Shown here: positions 8,056 through 15,907 of the stretch, one piece after another
Numbering within the stretch: position 1 is the first letter of the stretch
Layout of the letters: every line of letters starts with the position of its first letter
Assembly: GCA_964467175.1 (NCBI GenBank)
Contig: CAYXNY010000038.1
Span: 1-55,129 of the forward strand
Direction of reading: 5' to 3'
Length of the DNA stretch: 55,129 bases
From: Candidatus Micrarchaeota archaeon
Lineage (GTDB): Archaea; Micrarchaeota; Micrarchaeia; Anstonellales; J096
Notes under the pieces: model-generated
The model's database searches: none
What the model was told of the DNA's origin: nothing
What the model saw: only the letters and a program-made list of their open reading frames with translations
Position numbers and translations under genes: made by a program

Positions 8056-9435
8056 ATGGCCTTGCCTTTCAAGACAACAGCGGAGATAAAGATACCAGAG
8101 GACCCTTTCGAAAGAATAATAGGGCAGGAAAAGGCAGTAAGGTTTGCGAAGATTGCGGCAAAACAAAAGAGGCATCTTCTTCTGGTCGGCCCTCCTGGAA
8201 CGGGAAAGAGTCTGATCGCAAAGGCGATGGCGTCTATTCTCCCAAAACCAAGATTCCAGATTTCTGTTTTTCCGAATGAAAAGAGGCCGGAAAGACCGGT
8301 TTTGAAAATCGAAACTTCTGAAGAAATCGGCGAGAAAGAGGAAAAAGAGTTCGGAAAGCTTGTCCATCCGTTCGAGGTTCCCGGCGACATTGCCGAGGAG
8401 CTGGGGTACAGGTGCAGAAGATGCTTTGAGCTCAGCGCACCTTCTCTGGATTTCTGCCCTAACTGCGGGGCAAAAAAACAGCCCGAAGCATTGCTCGATG
8501 TTTTTGGTGCAAAATCGAGAAGAAAAAAATATGTTAGCTTTAAAGGGATTGTTTATGAGGCCTACGACGAAGGAAGGATAAGGGTACTTTCAGACGAGGA
8601 GGCGAAAAGGATAAGGGAAACCGGAGTTCTTCCAAAAAAGAAGATTCTTGTTCCGCTCAACCGCCCAACATTCGTCCGCGCAGTCGGTGCAAGCGAAGCC
8701 GAGCTTCTCGGAGATGTTGAGCACGACCCGTACGGAGGCCATCCTGAGATGGGAATTCCACCCTACCTCCGCGTTGTTCCCGGAGCGATCCACGAAGCCC
8801 ACGAGGGAGTTTTGTTCATAGATGAGCTTTCCTCTCTTTCAAAAGAGTTGCAGAAGAGCATCCTTACCGCGCTTCAGGAGAAAAAATTTCCAATTGTTGG
8901 AAGAAACCCCGGAAGCGCCGGTGCGGTGGTGAAGGTTGAAGATGCCCCCTGCGACTTTCTTCTGGTTGGAGCGCTTAACATAACCGACCTGGACTCTATC
9001 CTTCCAGCACTTAGAAACAGGATAAAAGGGGACGGGTACGAAGTGCTGATGGATGTTTTCATGGAAGATAACGAGAAAAACAGGCAGAAAATTGCACAGT
9101 TCGTTGCCCAGGAGATAGTTTTTGATGGGAGGGTTCCGCATGCAAAAAGAGAAGCGGTTGAGGAAATAATAGCGTACGCAAAAAAGGTTGCAAAATCCGT
9201 CGATGGCGCGGCTGGATTAACGCTTAGGTTAAGGACGCTCAGCGGAATCGTGAGGCTTGCAGGAGATATCGCAGTTGAAGAAGGTTCAAAACTCATAGAA
9301 AAAAAGCATGTGAGAAACGCAATAGATAACGCAAAAAGCATAGAAGAGCAACTCTCTGAAAAATACTCCAACGCTTACAGGGCCGGAATCGCGGACTACG
9401 GATTAGAAGAAAAAAAACAAAGCGGAATAGAATAA
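8056..9435 (+). CDS. LonB-like AAA+ ATPase lacking the protease domain
   Basis: N-terminus matches archaeal LonB (IIGQEKAV..., Walker A GPPGTGKS, LGDVEHDP, Walker B VLFIDE). A CxxC...CxxC insert sits where LonB has TM helices. The ORF stops at the linker before the protease domain. Confidence 0.75.
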   Translation: MALPFKTTAEIKIPEDPFERIIGQEKAVRFAKIAAKQKRHLLLVGPPGTGKSLIAKAMASILPKPRFQISVFPNEKRPERPVLKIETSEEIGEKEEKEFGKLVHPFEVPGDIAEELGYRCRRCFELSAPSLDFCPNCGAKKQPEALLDVFGAKSRRKKYVSFKGIVYEAYDEGRIRVLSDEEAKRIRETGVLPKKKILVPLNRPTFVRAVGASEAELLGDVEHDPYGGHPEMGIPPYLRVVPGAIHEAHEGVLFIDELSSLSKELQKSILTALQEKKFPIVGRNPGSAGAVVKVEDAPCDFLLVGALNITDLDSILPALRNRIKGDGYEVLMDVFMEDNEKNRQKIAQFVAQEIVFDGRVPHAKREAVEEIIAYAKKVAKSVDGAAGLTLRLRTLSGIVRLAGDIAVEEGSKLIEKKHVRNAIDNAKSIEEQLSEKYSNAYRAGIADYGLEEKKQSGIE

Positions 9436-9508
9436 ACCGCTAGAACCGATTCGATACCACGTTTCCTTGGAGTTAAACTTGAAACAAAAAAGTATTTTCA
9501 AAAGTTAG

Positions 9509-9830
9509 AGGGGGCGAAGCCCCCTATGAGGTTTGTCTCGCCAGGGGGGTATTACCCCACGACTAGGGGGCTCTTAATATATCCTAAACGCCCCCTTACT
9601 CGCCTACCCCCTTATGTAATTCTTAAGCTTAGGGGGACTTCGTCCCCCTCTTACCCCCAAATGAGTTGAAAATAAGCGAAGGGGGGCGAGGCGGAATCGA
9701 GCGCAATAGCACGAGAGACTTGAGCGAAGCTCAAGTGGATAAGCGCCAGGGGGGTATTACCCTCCGGGGCTTATGGGGGAGAAAGGGGAAGGGCATTAAA
9801 AGTAGTCTGGGGGGTGAGCGCCCTTCCCCA
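9509..9830. repeat. G/C-rich hairpin repeat cluster, locus 1
   Basis: Hairpins: AGGGGGC-GAA-GCCCCCT (9509-9525), AGGGGGA-CTTCG-TCCCCCT (9631-9649), CTTGAGC-GAA-GCTCAAG (9719-9735). Core CGCCAGGGGGGTATTACCC occurs at 9539 and 9743. The 44-mer at 9654-9697 recurs at 30567-30610. Confidence 0.6.
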
Positions 9831-9839
9831 CTGCCTTGC

Positions 9840-10253
9840 CTAAATAAAGTAGTATACCTTTTTTCCTGCCTGTTTTTTCCTAAGCAGGCCTGATTCGTAA
9901 AGCCTGTTCAGCCTCTGCGAAGCGGCGTTCCTTCCTTTGTAGTTGAACTTCTTCTGCACATCCTCAGCCGTCACCTTTCCTATCTCCTTAACAAACTCCA
10001 TCATTGCTTCATCTGTTTCTGAAAGGATCGCTTCTTCCGGCCCTTCCACTCCAAGCCTTTTCTCTATCGCTTCCAATCTTGCGGTCAAAGTCTTCATCAG
10101 CCTGTTCGTGTTTTCCCTTTCTTCAGTGAGCTTCGCTAGGAGTACTGCGATCAGCAGGGGCTCTTCCTTCAGCTTCTTCGCAATTCTTTTCGCTTCATTC
10201 TCAACTTCTTCCTCGAACCGAGGAGAGAAAGTTTTATAAACATCATCCTTCAT
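9840..10253 (-). CDS. hypothetical protein with C-terminal winged-helix DNA-binding domain
   Basis: Coiled-coil N-terminal half. C-terminal segment (VTAEDVQKKFNYKGRNAASQRLNRLYESGLLRKK) resembles a MarR/TrmB-type wHTH. Confidence 0.55.
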   Translation of the reverse strand: MKDDVYKTFSPRFEEEVENEAKRIAKKLKEEPLLIAVLLAKLTEERENTNRLMKTLTARLEAIEKRLGVEGPEEAILSETDEAMMEFVKEIGKVTAEDVQKKFNYKGRNAASQRLNRLYESGLLRKKQAGKKVYYFI

Positions 10254-10267
10254 TATACCACGCGGCT

Positions 10268-10319
10268 GTCATGCAAATGCCATGACATGCTCATATTATG
10301 ATCATGATTATATCATGAT
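10268..10319. promoter_or_regulatory. palindrome-rich divergent promoter/operator region
   Basis: GTCATG-n7-CATGAC (10268-10286), palindrome ATGATCAT (10298-10305), TCATGAT repeated at 10302 and 10313. TATA-like TTTTATAA at 10324-10331. Confidence 0.35.
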
Positions 10320-10348
10320 ACATTTTATAAACCTTTCGGTTGGTCCTT

Positions 10349-10876
10349 ATGTCCATAAAAGAAATTTTCGATGAAATGGCCGGTGCATTCAGGAGAAAAA
10401 ACTCCAGGCACATGAGAAAACTTAACGATAAGATAATGATAGAAACGGCCATACAATTCTCCAAGGAGATGTACGAGCTGGCGGTTATAAGCTATGTTCT
10501 CGGAAAAATACTCTCAAAGCCACGGTTCTATTCATCCCAGTACAAGCAGAATATGAACGCGATACAGAATACTCTTGAGCTTGCGAGGAAAGCAAAGGAC
10601 CCGTTGAAATTAGTTCCGACGCTTGAAAGAGAGGTCGGAAGGCTGGAAAGCGAGGACCCGCGCTTCGTGGTGGACCTATTCACAAAAGGAAGGCTGAAGA
10701 TGGCGGCGATATTCTACGCGCAGGGCTTTTCTCTCGGAAGGGCTTCTGAGATTACGGGCATTCCAAAAAGCGAAATTCTTTCCTATGCAGGAAAGACGAT
10801 GATGTTTGAAAAGGTAAAAACCGAGATAAGCGTGGAAAAAAGGCTTCATTTTGCAAGGGAGGCCCTGGGTGCATAA
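10349..10876 (+). CDS. hypothetical protein, possible C-terminal HTH
   Basis: First ATG in the ORF. Segment GFSLGRASEITGIPKSEILSYAG looks HTH-like. Confidence 0.5.
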   Translation: MSIKEIFDEMAGAFRRKNSRHMRKLNDKIMIETAIQFSKEMYELAVISYVLGKILSKPRFYSSQYKQNMNAIQNTLELARKAKDPLKLVPTLEREVGRLESEDPRFVVDLFTKGRLKMAAIFYAQGFSLGRASEITGIPKSEILSYAGKTMMFEKVKTEISVEKRLHFAREALGA

Positions 10877-10877
10877 T

Positions 10878-11561
10878 ATGGCGAACGAAAAATACATTCT
10901 CTGCGACTCCTCTTCCCTCATATCTCTTACAGACACTTGCTTGGAGACAATCCTGCGGTTCTTCCACAGGAGCAACGTGCTTTTCATCATCCCCCCAAGC
11001 GTTGAGTACGAGATCATCACAAGACCGCTGAAAATGACGATGAAGGCATACCAGTTCTCGGCGATGAGGCTCAAAAAACTCATAGAGGACGAGGTGCTCA
11101 TGAAAGTAGAGGCGGAGACAGACGCGCCCGCGAAGGAAATTCTCGAGCTGACCAACAGCATATTCTTTGCAAAGGGAAAGCCCCTCCATATGGTTGATAT
11201 GGGGGAGGCGGAGATGATCGCTCTTGCAAAAAGTTTGAAAATCAAAACCCTGCTCATGGATGAGAGGACCACCAGAATGCTTGTGGAAGCGCCCTTCGAA
11301 ATAAAGGACCACTTGGAAGAAGAGCTTAGGGTGAATGTAATGGTTAACAGCAGCCACCTCCAGAAATTTTCGGACATTGTAAGCGGAATGAGAGTAATAA
11401 GGAGCTCTGAGCTTGTTGCTGTTGCGTATGAAAAGGGGTATTTTGACAATTTCGGAGCGGATAAAAAGAAGATGCTTGAAGCCGCCCTGTACAAAACAAA
11501 GTTCTCCGGCTGTAGCGTAAGGTTTGATGAGATTGAAGAATTTATGAGGATAGAACAATGA
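10878..11561 (+). CDS. PIN-domain-like protein
   Basis: Acidic positions in a PIN-like pattern (ILCDSSSLISL, GEAEMIALA, LLMDERTT). ATG lies 1 nt after the upstream stop. Confidence 0.55.
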   Translation: MANEKYILCDSSSLISLTDTCLETILRFFHRSNVLFIIPPSVEYEIITRPLKMTMKAYQFSAMRLKKLIEDEVLMKVEAETDAPAKEILELTNSIFFAKGKPLHMVDMGEAEMIALAKSLKIKTLLMDERTTRMLVEAPFEIKDHLEEELRVNVMVNSSHLQKFSDIVSGMRVIRSSELVAVAYEKGYFDNFGADKKKMLEAALYKTKFSGCSVRFDEIEEFMRIEQ

Positions 11562-12235
11562 GCGAGCAGACATTCATTTCAAATTCTCCCCCAAAAAACA
11601 TTACGATAGTTGTTGACTACCGCGAAGACCCAGATATCGCGATGAGTTTAAAAGAAATGGGGGCGGATGTAAAAGTTCAAACCCTTCCTGTCGGAGATTT
11701 TCTGACCTCATCCGAGACAGTGGTGGAAAGAAAAACCCGCGGGGATTTTGAGAATTCCATAATAGACGGAAGGCTTTTCAAGCAATTGGAGAACATGAAA
11801 CTAAATTACAAAAATGTGGCCGTCGTTGTAGAAGGGGCAAAGGGCGAGGAAAGGATAAGAAAGGAGGCGCTGCTCGGAGCATACGCTTCCATAATCGCGG
11901 ACTACAACGCGGCGGTGTTTTTCACCCAGAACAAATTCCGCACCGCCGAATTGATTTTTGCGATCGCAAAGCACGAGCAGCTGGTCGGAAAAAAACCCCT
12001 CCGCCTATTCGCAAAAAGAAAGGCATCCACGCTGAGAGAACAGCAGATAATGCTTGTTGAAGCCCTCCCTACTATCGGCAGAAAAAAAGCAGAAACCCTG
12101 CTGAAGCATTTCGGCTCTGTAAAAAAACTTGCAAACGCTTCGGTGAAAGAGCTTTGCGAGGTTGAAGGCATTGGCGAAAAAAGGGCAAAAATAATTTTTG
12201 ATATTTTTTCAAAGAAATTCAAAAGGAATGAATAG
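11558..12235 (+). CDS. XPF/ERCC4-type structure-specific nuclease, short form (nuclease + HhH2)
   Basis: VDYRE...GDF...ERK signature and a tandem helix-hairpin-helix (LPTIGRKKAETLL, VEGIGEKRA). ATGA overlap with the PIN gene. Confidence 0.8.
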   Translation: MSEQTFISNSPPKNITIVVDYREDPDIAMSLKEMGADVKVQTLPVGDFLTSSETVVERKTRGDFENSIIDGRLFKQLENMKLNYKNVAVVVEGAKGEERIRKEALLGAYASIIADYNAAVFFTQNKFRTAELIFAIAKHEQLVGKKPLRLFAKRKASTLREQQIMLVEALPTIGRKKAETLLKHFGSVKKLANASVKELCEVEGIGEKRAKIIFDIFSKKFKRNE

Positions 12236-13142
12236 CGGTTTCCTGGTTTTTCGTCCTTTCTAAAATTTCATCCGGCTTTGCGGCCCACAACCCGGATTCT
12301 AGGTCAAATTCAAAATATTTAGACGGTTTGTATGAATAAACAAAATGCGCGGTCGAAACACTCAGCCTCGGCCATAGATTGAGCGGCAGAAAGGCCGGAA
12401 CAATACCAACGTAGTTTTCTTTGTAGTCTTTCGCCACCATGGCTGCAATTCCGAATATTGCATCAGGCCAATGCCTGTAATGCTTTCTTATTCCGGCCGG
12501 AATATGGCTATAAACATCGCTCTGCAGTACGCTGATCCTTAGCATCCCATCGCGAATTTCCCAGTATGCGAAAGCCATACCTATATCGTAGGTGCCCGCA
12601 TAATCCGGCATTTTCTTGAGGTCTTCCTCCCTTTTCGGAATAATGTAAATCCCAGGATACGCGAATACTTCGGTGGGTTCGTTTATAAAATAAACAAAAG
12701 GCCTTTTGCCATTTAGAGAAAACTCACCATCAACTTTCGGTATTACTTTCCAGTCTTTTATATCCTCAAGGCATGTTTCGGCGTACAAAATTTTCATCCT
12801 TTCATTTAGTGTTCTCCCATCATCCAAGTAATTCTCTAATTCAGCTTCATATAACATATGCACTCTTTCCAAAATATGTCTCTTCAGAGGAAGGCCCCAT
12901 CGCTTTAGTTTTTCTTTGTATAGTTCAACCAAGGCGTTTGGGAGCCAAACCCTTTCGAGCTCCTTCATGTCCCTTCTTTTTATTTCATCATATTGCATGC
13001 CTACTGTTGAAAGCACCTGCTTTGGCGGTATATCTGGTTTGCCGGGTTTAAGTTCTTCTATTCTTTTGAGCGCTATTTTATACAAGCTGCTCATGTGTAT
13101 ATTTATAGGCAGATATGTTTTTAAAACAAACTTTTTAAGCAC
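12219..13142 (-). CDS. hypothetical protein
   Basis: Long ORF with no motif recognised. Alternative start at 13094 (MSSLYK...) would leave room for a divergent promoter. Confidence 0.55.
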   Translation of the reverse strand: MLKKFVLKTYLPINIHMSSLYKIALKRIEELKPGKPDIPPKQVLSTVGMQYDEIKRRDMKELERVWLPNALVELYKEKLKRWGLPLKRHILERVHMLYEAELENYLDDGRTLNERMKILYAETCLEDIKDWKVIPKVDGEFSLNGKRPFVYFINEPTEVFAYPGIYIIPKREEDLKKMPDYAGTYDIGMAFAYWEIRDGMLRISVLQSDVYSHIPAGIRKHYRHWPDAIFGIAAMVAKDYKENYVGIVPAFLPLNLWPRLSVSTAHFVYSYKPSKYFEFDLESGLWAAKPDEILERTKNQETAIHSF

Positions 13143-13154
13143 TTCCCCTCAACC

Positions 13155-14042
13155 TTGCATATGCCTTCCATCCCCCTGGGAGAAATAGAGGTCGGGCTTG
13201 ATTCAAAAGAAGGCGATATCTCTTTTTTGAGCCACGCCCATCTTGACCATGTCAGCCCGGTTAAAGGTGCAAAAAAAATTATATGTAGCGAGGAGACAAG
13301 GATCATTTCCGGTTTGAACGCAGAGTTTTTTTCTTCTTTGGACGGGATAAAACTTGCGAACGCAGGCCATATGCCGGGTGCGAGGCAGCTGGTTGTTGAG
13401 AACGGAAGCAAAATAGTTTACACAGGCGACATCCGCCTGAAAGATGGAATACTCGAAAAGGGCGCTGAAATTATAGAATGCGACGAGCTTTACATCGAGG
13501 CAACCTACAACAGCCCGGAGTTCAGGTTTCCGGACCCGTTTGAGGTTTATGCAGACATTCAAAAATGGTTAAAAGAGAACGAAGAAAAAATAGTCATTTT
13601 CGGCGCCTACAAGCTTGGGAAGTCCCAAGAGATAATAAGGGTGATGAACGAGGCCGGAATAGCCCCTGTTGTTGAGAAGGAAATATGGGAGATAAACAAG
13701 AGGTACGAGAAAGCCGGAATAAAACTGGATTACGAGATTATTGGAAGCGAAGAGGCAGAGGAGCTGATGAGGTCCAAATTCGCCGCTATTGTTACCCCCA
13801 AAAAAGCAAAAAGGTATTTTGCGAAGCAGATAAGCGAGGCGTTTGAAAAATCAGCAGTATGCGCGGTTGCAACCGGCTGGGCGATAAAATACAGGTTCAA
13901 TGTTGATAAGGCGTTTCCTTTAAGCGACCATGCGGATTTCTACGACATCGTGGAGTACATAAAGCAAGCCAACCCTAAGAAAGTTAATTTTGTTCATGGG
14001 GGCGAAGGAAAAATCAGAGACTATTCAAATCATCCTTATTAG
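13155..14042 (+). CDS. metallo-beta-lactamase fold nuclease, minimal beta-CASP-like
   Basis: HxHxDH (HAHLDH), later GH/GD motifs, and C-terminal SDHAD...VHGG, typical of the MBL/beta-CASP RNA-processing exonuclease family. Confidence 0.7.
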   Translation: MHMPSIPLGEIEVGLDSKEGDISFLSHAHLDHVSPVKGAKKIICSEETRIISGLNAEFFSSLDGIKLANAGHMPGARQLVVENGSKIVYTGDIRLKDGILEKGAEIIECDELYIEATYNSPEFRFPDPFEVYADIQKWLKENEEKIVIFGAYKLGKSQEIIRVMNEAGIAPVVEKEIWEINKRYEKAGIKLDYEIIGSEEAEELMRSKFAAIVTPKKAKRYFAKQISEAFEKSAVCAVATGWAIKYRFNVDKAFPLSDHADFYDIVEYIKQANPKKVNFVHGGEGKIRDYSNHPY

Positions 14043-14852
14043 TGGCTGCGTAATTGCCCTTGAGATATGCGCAGGCATCTTGAGTTTTGCATGGACCGCC
14101 TCAGCTTCCTTTAATATTTCAGATATGTTATCCGCTATTTCTCTGCTCTCAAGACCTATTCTGTACGCATCGATGAAGAGCGACGCCATCTTTTCGTCCG
14201 TTATCATTCCCAAATAGAAAGCGTTCGAGATAAACACGAGCAGGTCAAAACCATATCTCTCGCGATGCGTTTTTTGTTTTAGCCTCTGTGCTTTTTCCCA
14301 ATCTATTAATGTTAGAAGAGGCCTAGTCCCATTGTTTGGTGATACAATTATGTTGCCAAGCTTAGTATCGCCATGAACGATTGTGGGCGGATTATGCAGT
14401 CTTGCAAAAAGAAGACCTGTTTCGAGTACTAGATTTCGCAATTCTTCTTTATCTAGGCTTTCAAAACTTAAAAGGCTTAAAGGCACTCCTTCAACAACCC
14501 TTGTTATCAGAAAAGGTCCGCCTCTTTCCGCTTCTCCATATCCGATAGGCTCCGTCCCGGCTAAAGGTTTTTCCTTATATACCATATAAGTTTTTTCATA
14601 TTCTTTATCTGCTCTTTTTTTGAATTTTAGCGCACCGTAAAAAAATTCTTTTTGATGCGGCTCTTTGAGCAGTATCCTCCTGATGCGCCTTCCTTCTCCC
14701 GGCGGCATGTGTAGCTCCAGATGGTCTATAAAAATATCGCTGTTCTTGAAAGCGTTTCTTATTTTTCTCGCATAATTTTTTTTATTGCTAACCACCCGAA
14801 CATTTCCGTATTCTCCATTACTATTAACGGTCAGCTCAATTTGCGGCCTCAT
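14025..14852 (-). CDS. protein-kinase-like fold protein (atypical, Kdo/RIO/Bud32-like)
   Basis: Catalytic-loop-like VHGDTKLGNIIV followed by LIDWE (DFG-equivalent). Confidence 0.55.
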   Translation of the reverse strand: MRPQIELTVNSNGEYGNVRVVSNKKNYARKIRNAFKNSDIFIDHLELHMPPGEGRRIRRILLKEPHQKEFFYGALKFKKRADKEYEKTYMVYKEKPLAGTEPIGYGEAERGGPFLITRVVEGVPLSLLSFESLDKEELRNLVLETGLLFARLHNPPTIVHGDTKLGNIIVSPNNGTRPLLTLIDWEKAQRLKQKTHRERYGFDLLVFISNAFYLGMITDEKMASLFIDAYRIGLESREIADNISEILKEAEAVHAKLKMPAHISRAITQPLIRMI

Positions 14853-14936
14853 GCAGATATGTTATGCGAGCGCAGATATTTAATCTTTTTGGGCAAATCT
14901 CGAGAGCCCGTCCGAGCTTTTTGAACCTTACCCATA

Positions 14937-15851
14937 ATGAGATTTTTAAATCTTTCATCCATAAACCCCGTCATGGAAATTAAAGCAACATTATGTAGGC
15001 TCAGAAGAGAGCATATCTCAATATCCAGCGAAAAAACAATGTCGCAGATTGAACACCTAAAACACAGATGCGACGGCTATCGTTCTACGAAATTCTACGC
15101 GGGCATCAGCAAAATGATGTTTCATGTGCTTGAAGAGGATGCATACCGCCATTCTCAGCAGCTTGAGAAGGTGAAAAGAAAACGCATGAACAATTTTCAG
15201 GATATATACAATAAGAGCAAAGGTCTCTATGAAGAAAACAGAACAAAGATAGATAGATCCTTTTTGTTTGAAATGGCAAGACTTTCGGCGCCCGAAGTTT
15301 TTGGAAATTCCCGCATTAATAGATTCAGGCATATTCCCGCGAGAATCTGCGGGAACTTAGATTTCTACACCCCGCCTGAACCATACCTTATCAGTAGCAT
15401 TATGGAAGATTTTAATTGGGTGATGAATTCGCAGATTTTTGAGGGCTTTAGCGGTTCTGTGAACCGGGCGCTTCTTTTTCATTTCTGGTTCGTGATGATA
15501 CATCCATTGGAGGATGGGAACGGGAGAACCGCAAGGCATGTACAAAATATTATTCTTCTAAAGCACAGAATACCCCCAGTTCTTATTCCGTCTGAAGAAA
15601 GAGACGATTATTTAGACAAACTTGAACTTGCTTCGATTTCTGCGAAAAGTAGAGCGAGGGATATATGGTCTACTCTCTATGAAAAGCGCGATGAATTCAG
15701 CAGTTGCAACCCTCTCGAAAAAAACAATCTATTAGTTAAGTTGTACCTAAGCCCCACTAAGCACGAGACAACGTTTTATAACTATCTTGCCTCCAAGATA
15801 GTTGATGGTTTCCACTCTATTCTTTCTGCGCTTGAAAATAGACGTCGCTGA
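14937..15851 (+). CDS. Fic domain protein
   Basis: Fic motif HPLEDGNGRTAR, matching consensus HxFx[DE]GNGRxxR with F replaced by L. Confidence 0.8.
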   Translation: MRFLNLSSINPVMEIKATLCRLRREHISISSEKTMSQIEHLKHRCDGYRSTKFYAGISKMMFHVLEEDAYRHSQQLEKVKRKRMNNFQDIYNKSKGLYEENRTKIDRSFLFEMARLSAPEVFGNSRINRFRHIPARICGNLDFYTPPEPYLISSIMEDFNWVMNSQIFEGFSGSVNRALLFHFWFVMIHPLEDGNGRTARHVQNIILLKHRIPPVLIPSEERDDYLDKLELASISAKSRARDIWSTLYEKRDEFSSCNPLEKNNLLVKLYLSPTKHETTFYNYLASKIVDGFHSILSALENRRR

Positions 15852-15907
15852 CCGCCCGGAACCTACCCCTAAAGAAGTTTTTAAACCCTTCCCCATAAAT
15901 CTGGTTC

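Noticed and set aside
9490-9840. Possible CRISPR array, given short G/C-rich repeats in a non-coding stretch (also 30473..30645)
   Set aside because: The repeat units are heterogeneous and irregularly spaced, and they are largely self-complementary hairpins with no unique spacers of constant length. No cas genes are in the window.
9666-9893. 75-aa ORF inside the G/C-rich repeat region
   Set aside because: The Gly/Arg-rich translation derives from the G-runs of the repeats. It also runs into the 3' end of the convergent wHTH gene.
14937-15851. Whether the gene upstream of herA could be NurA
   Set aside because: It carries an unambiguous Fic motif and no NurA-like features.
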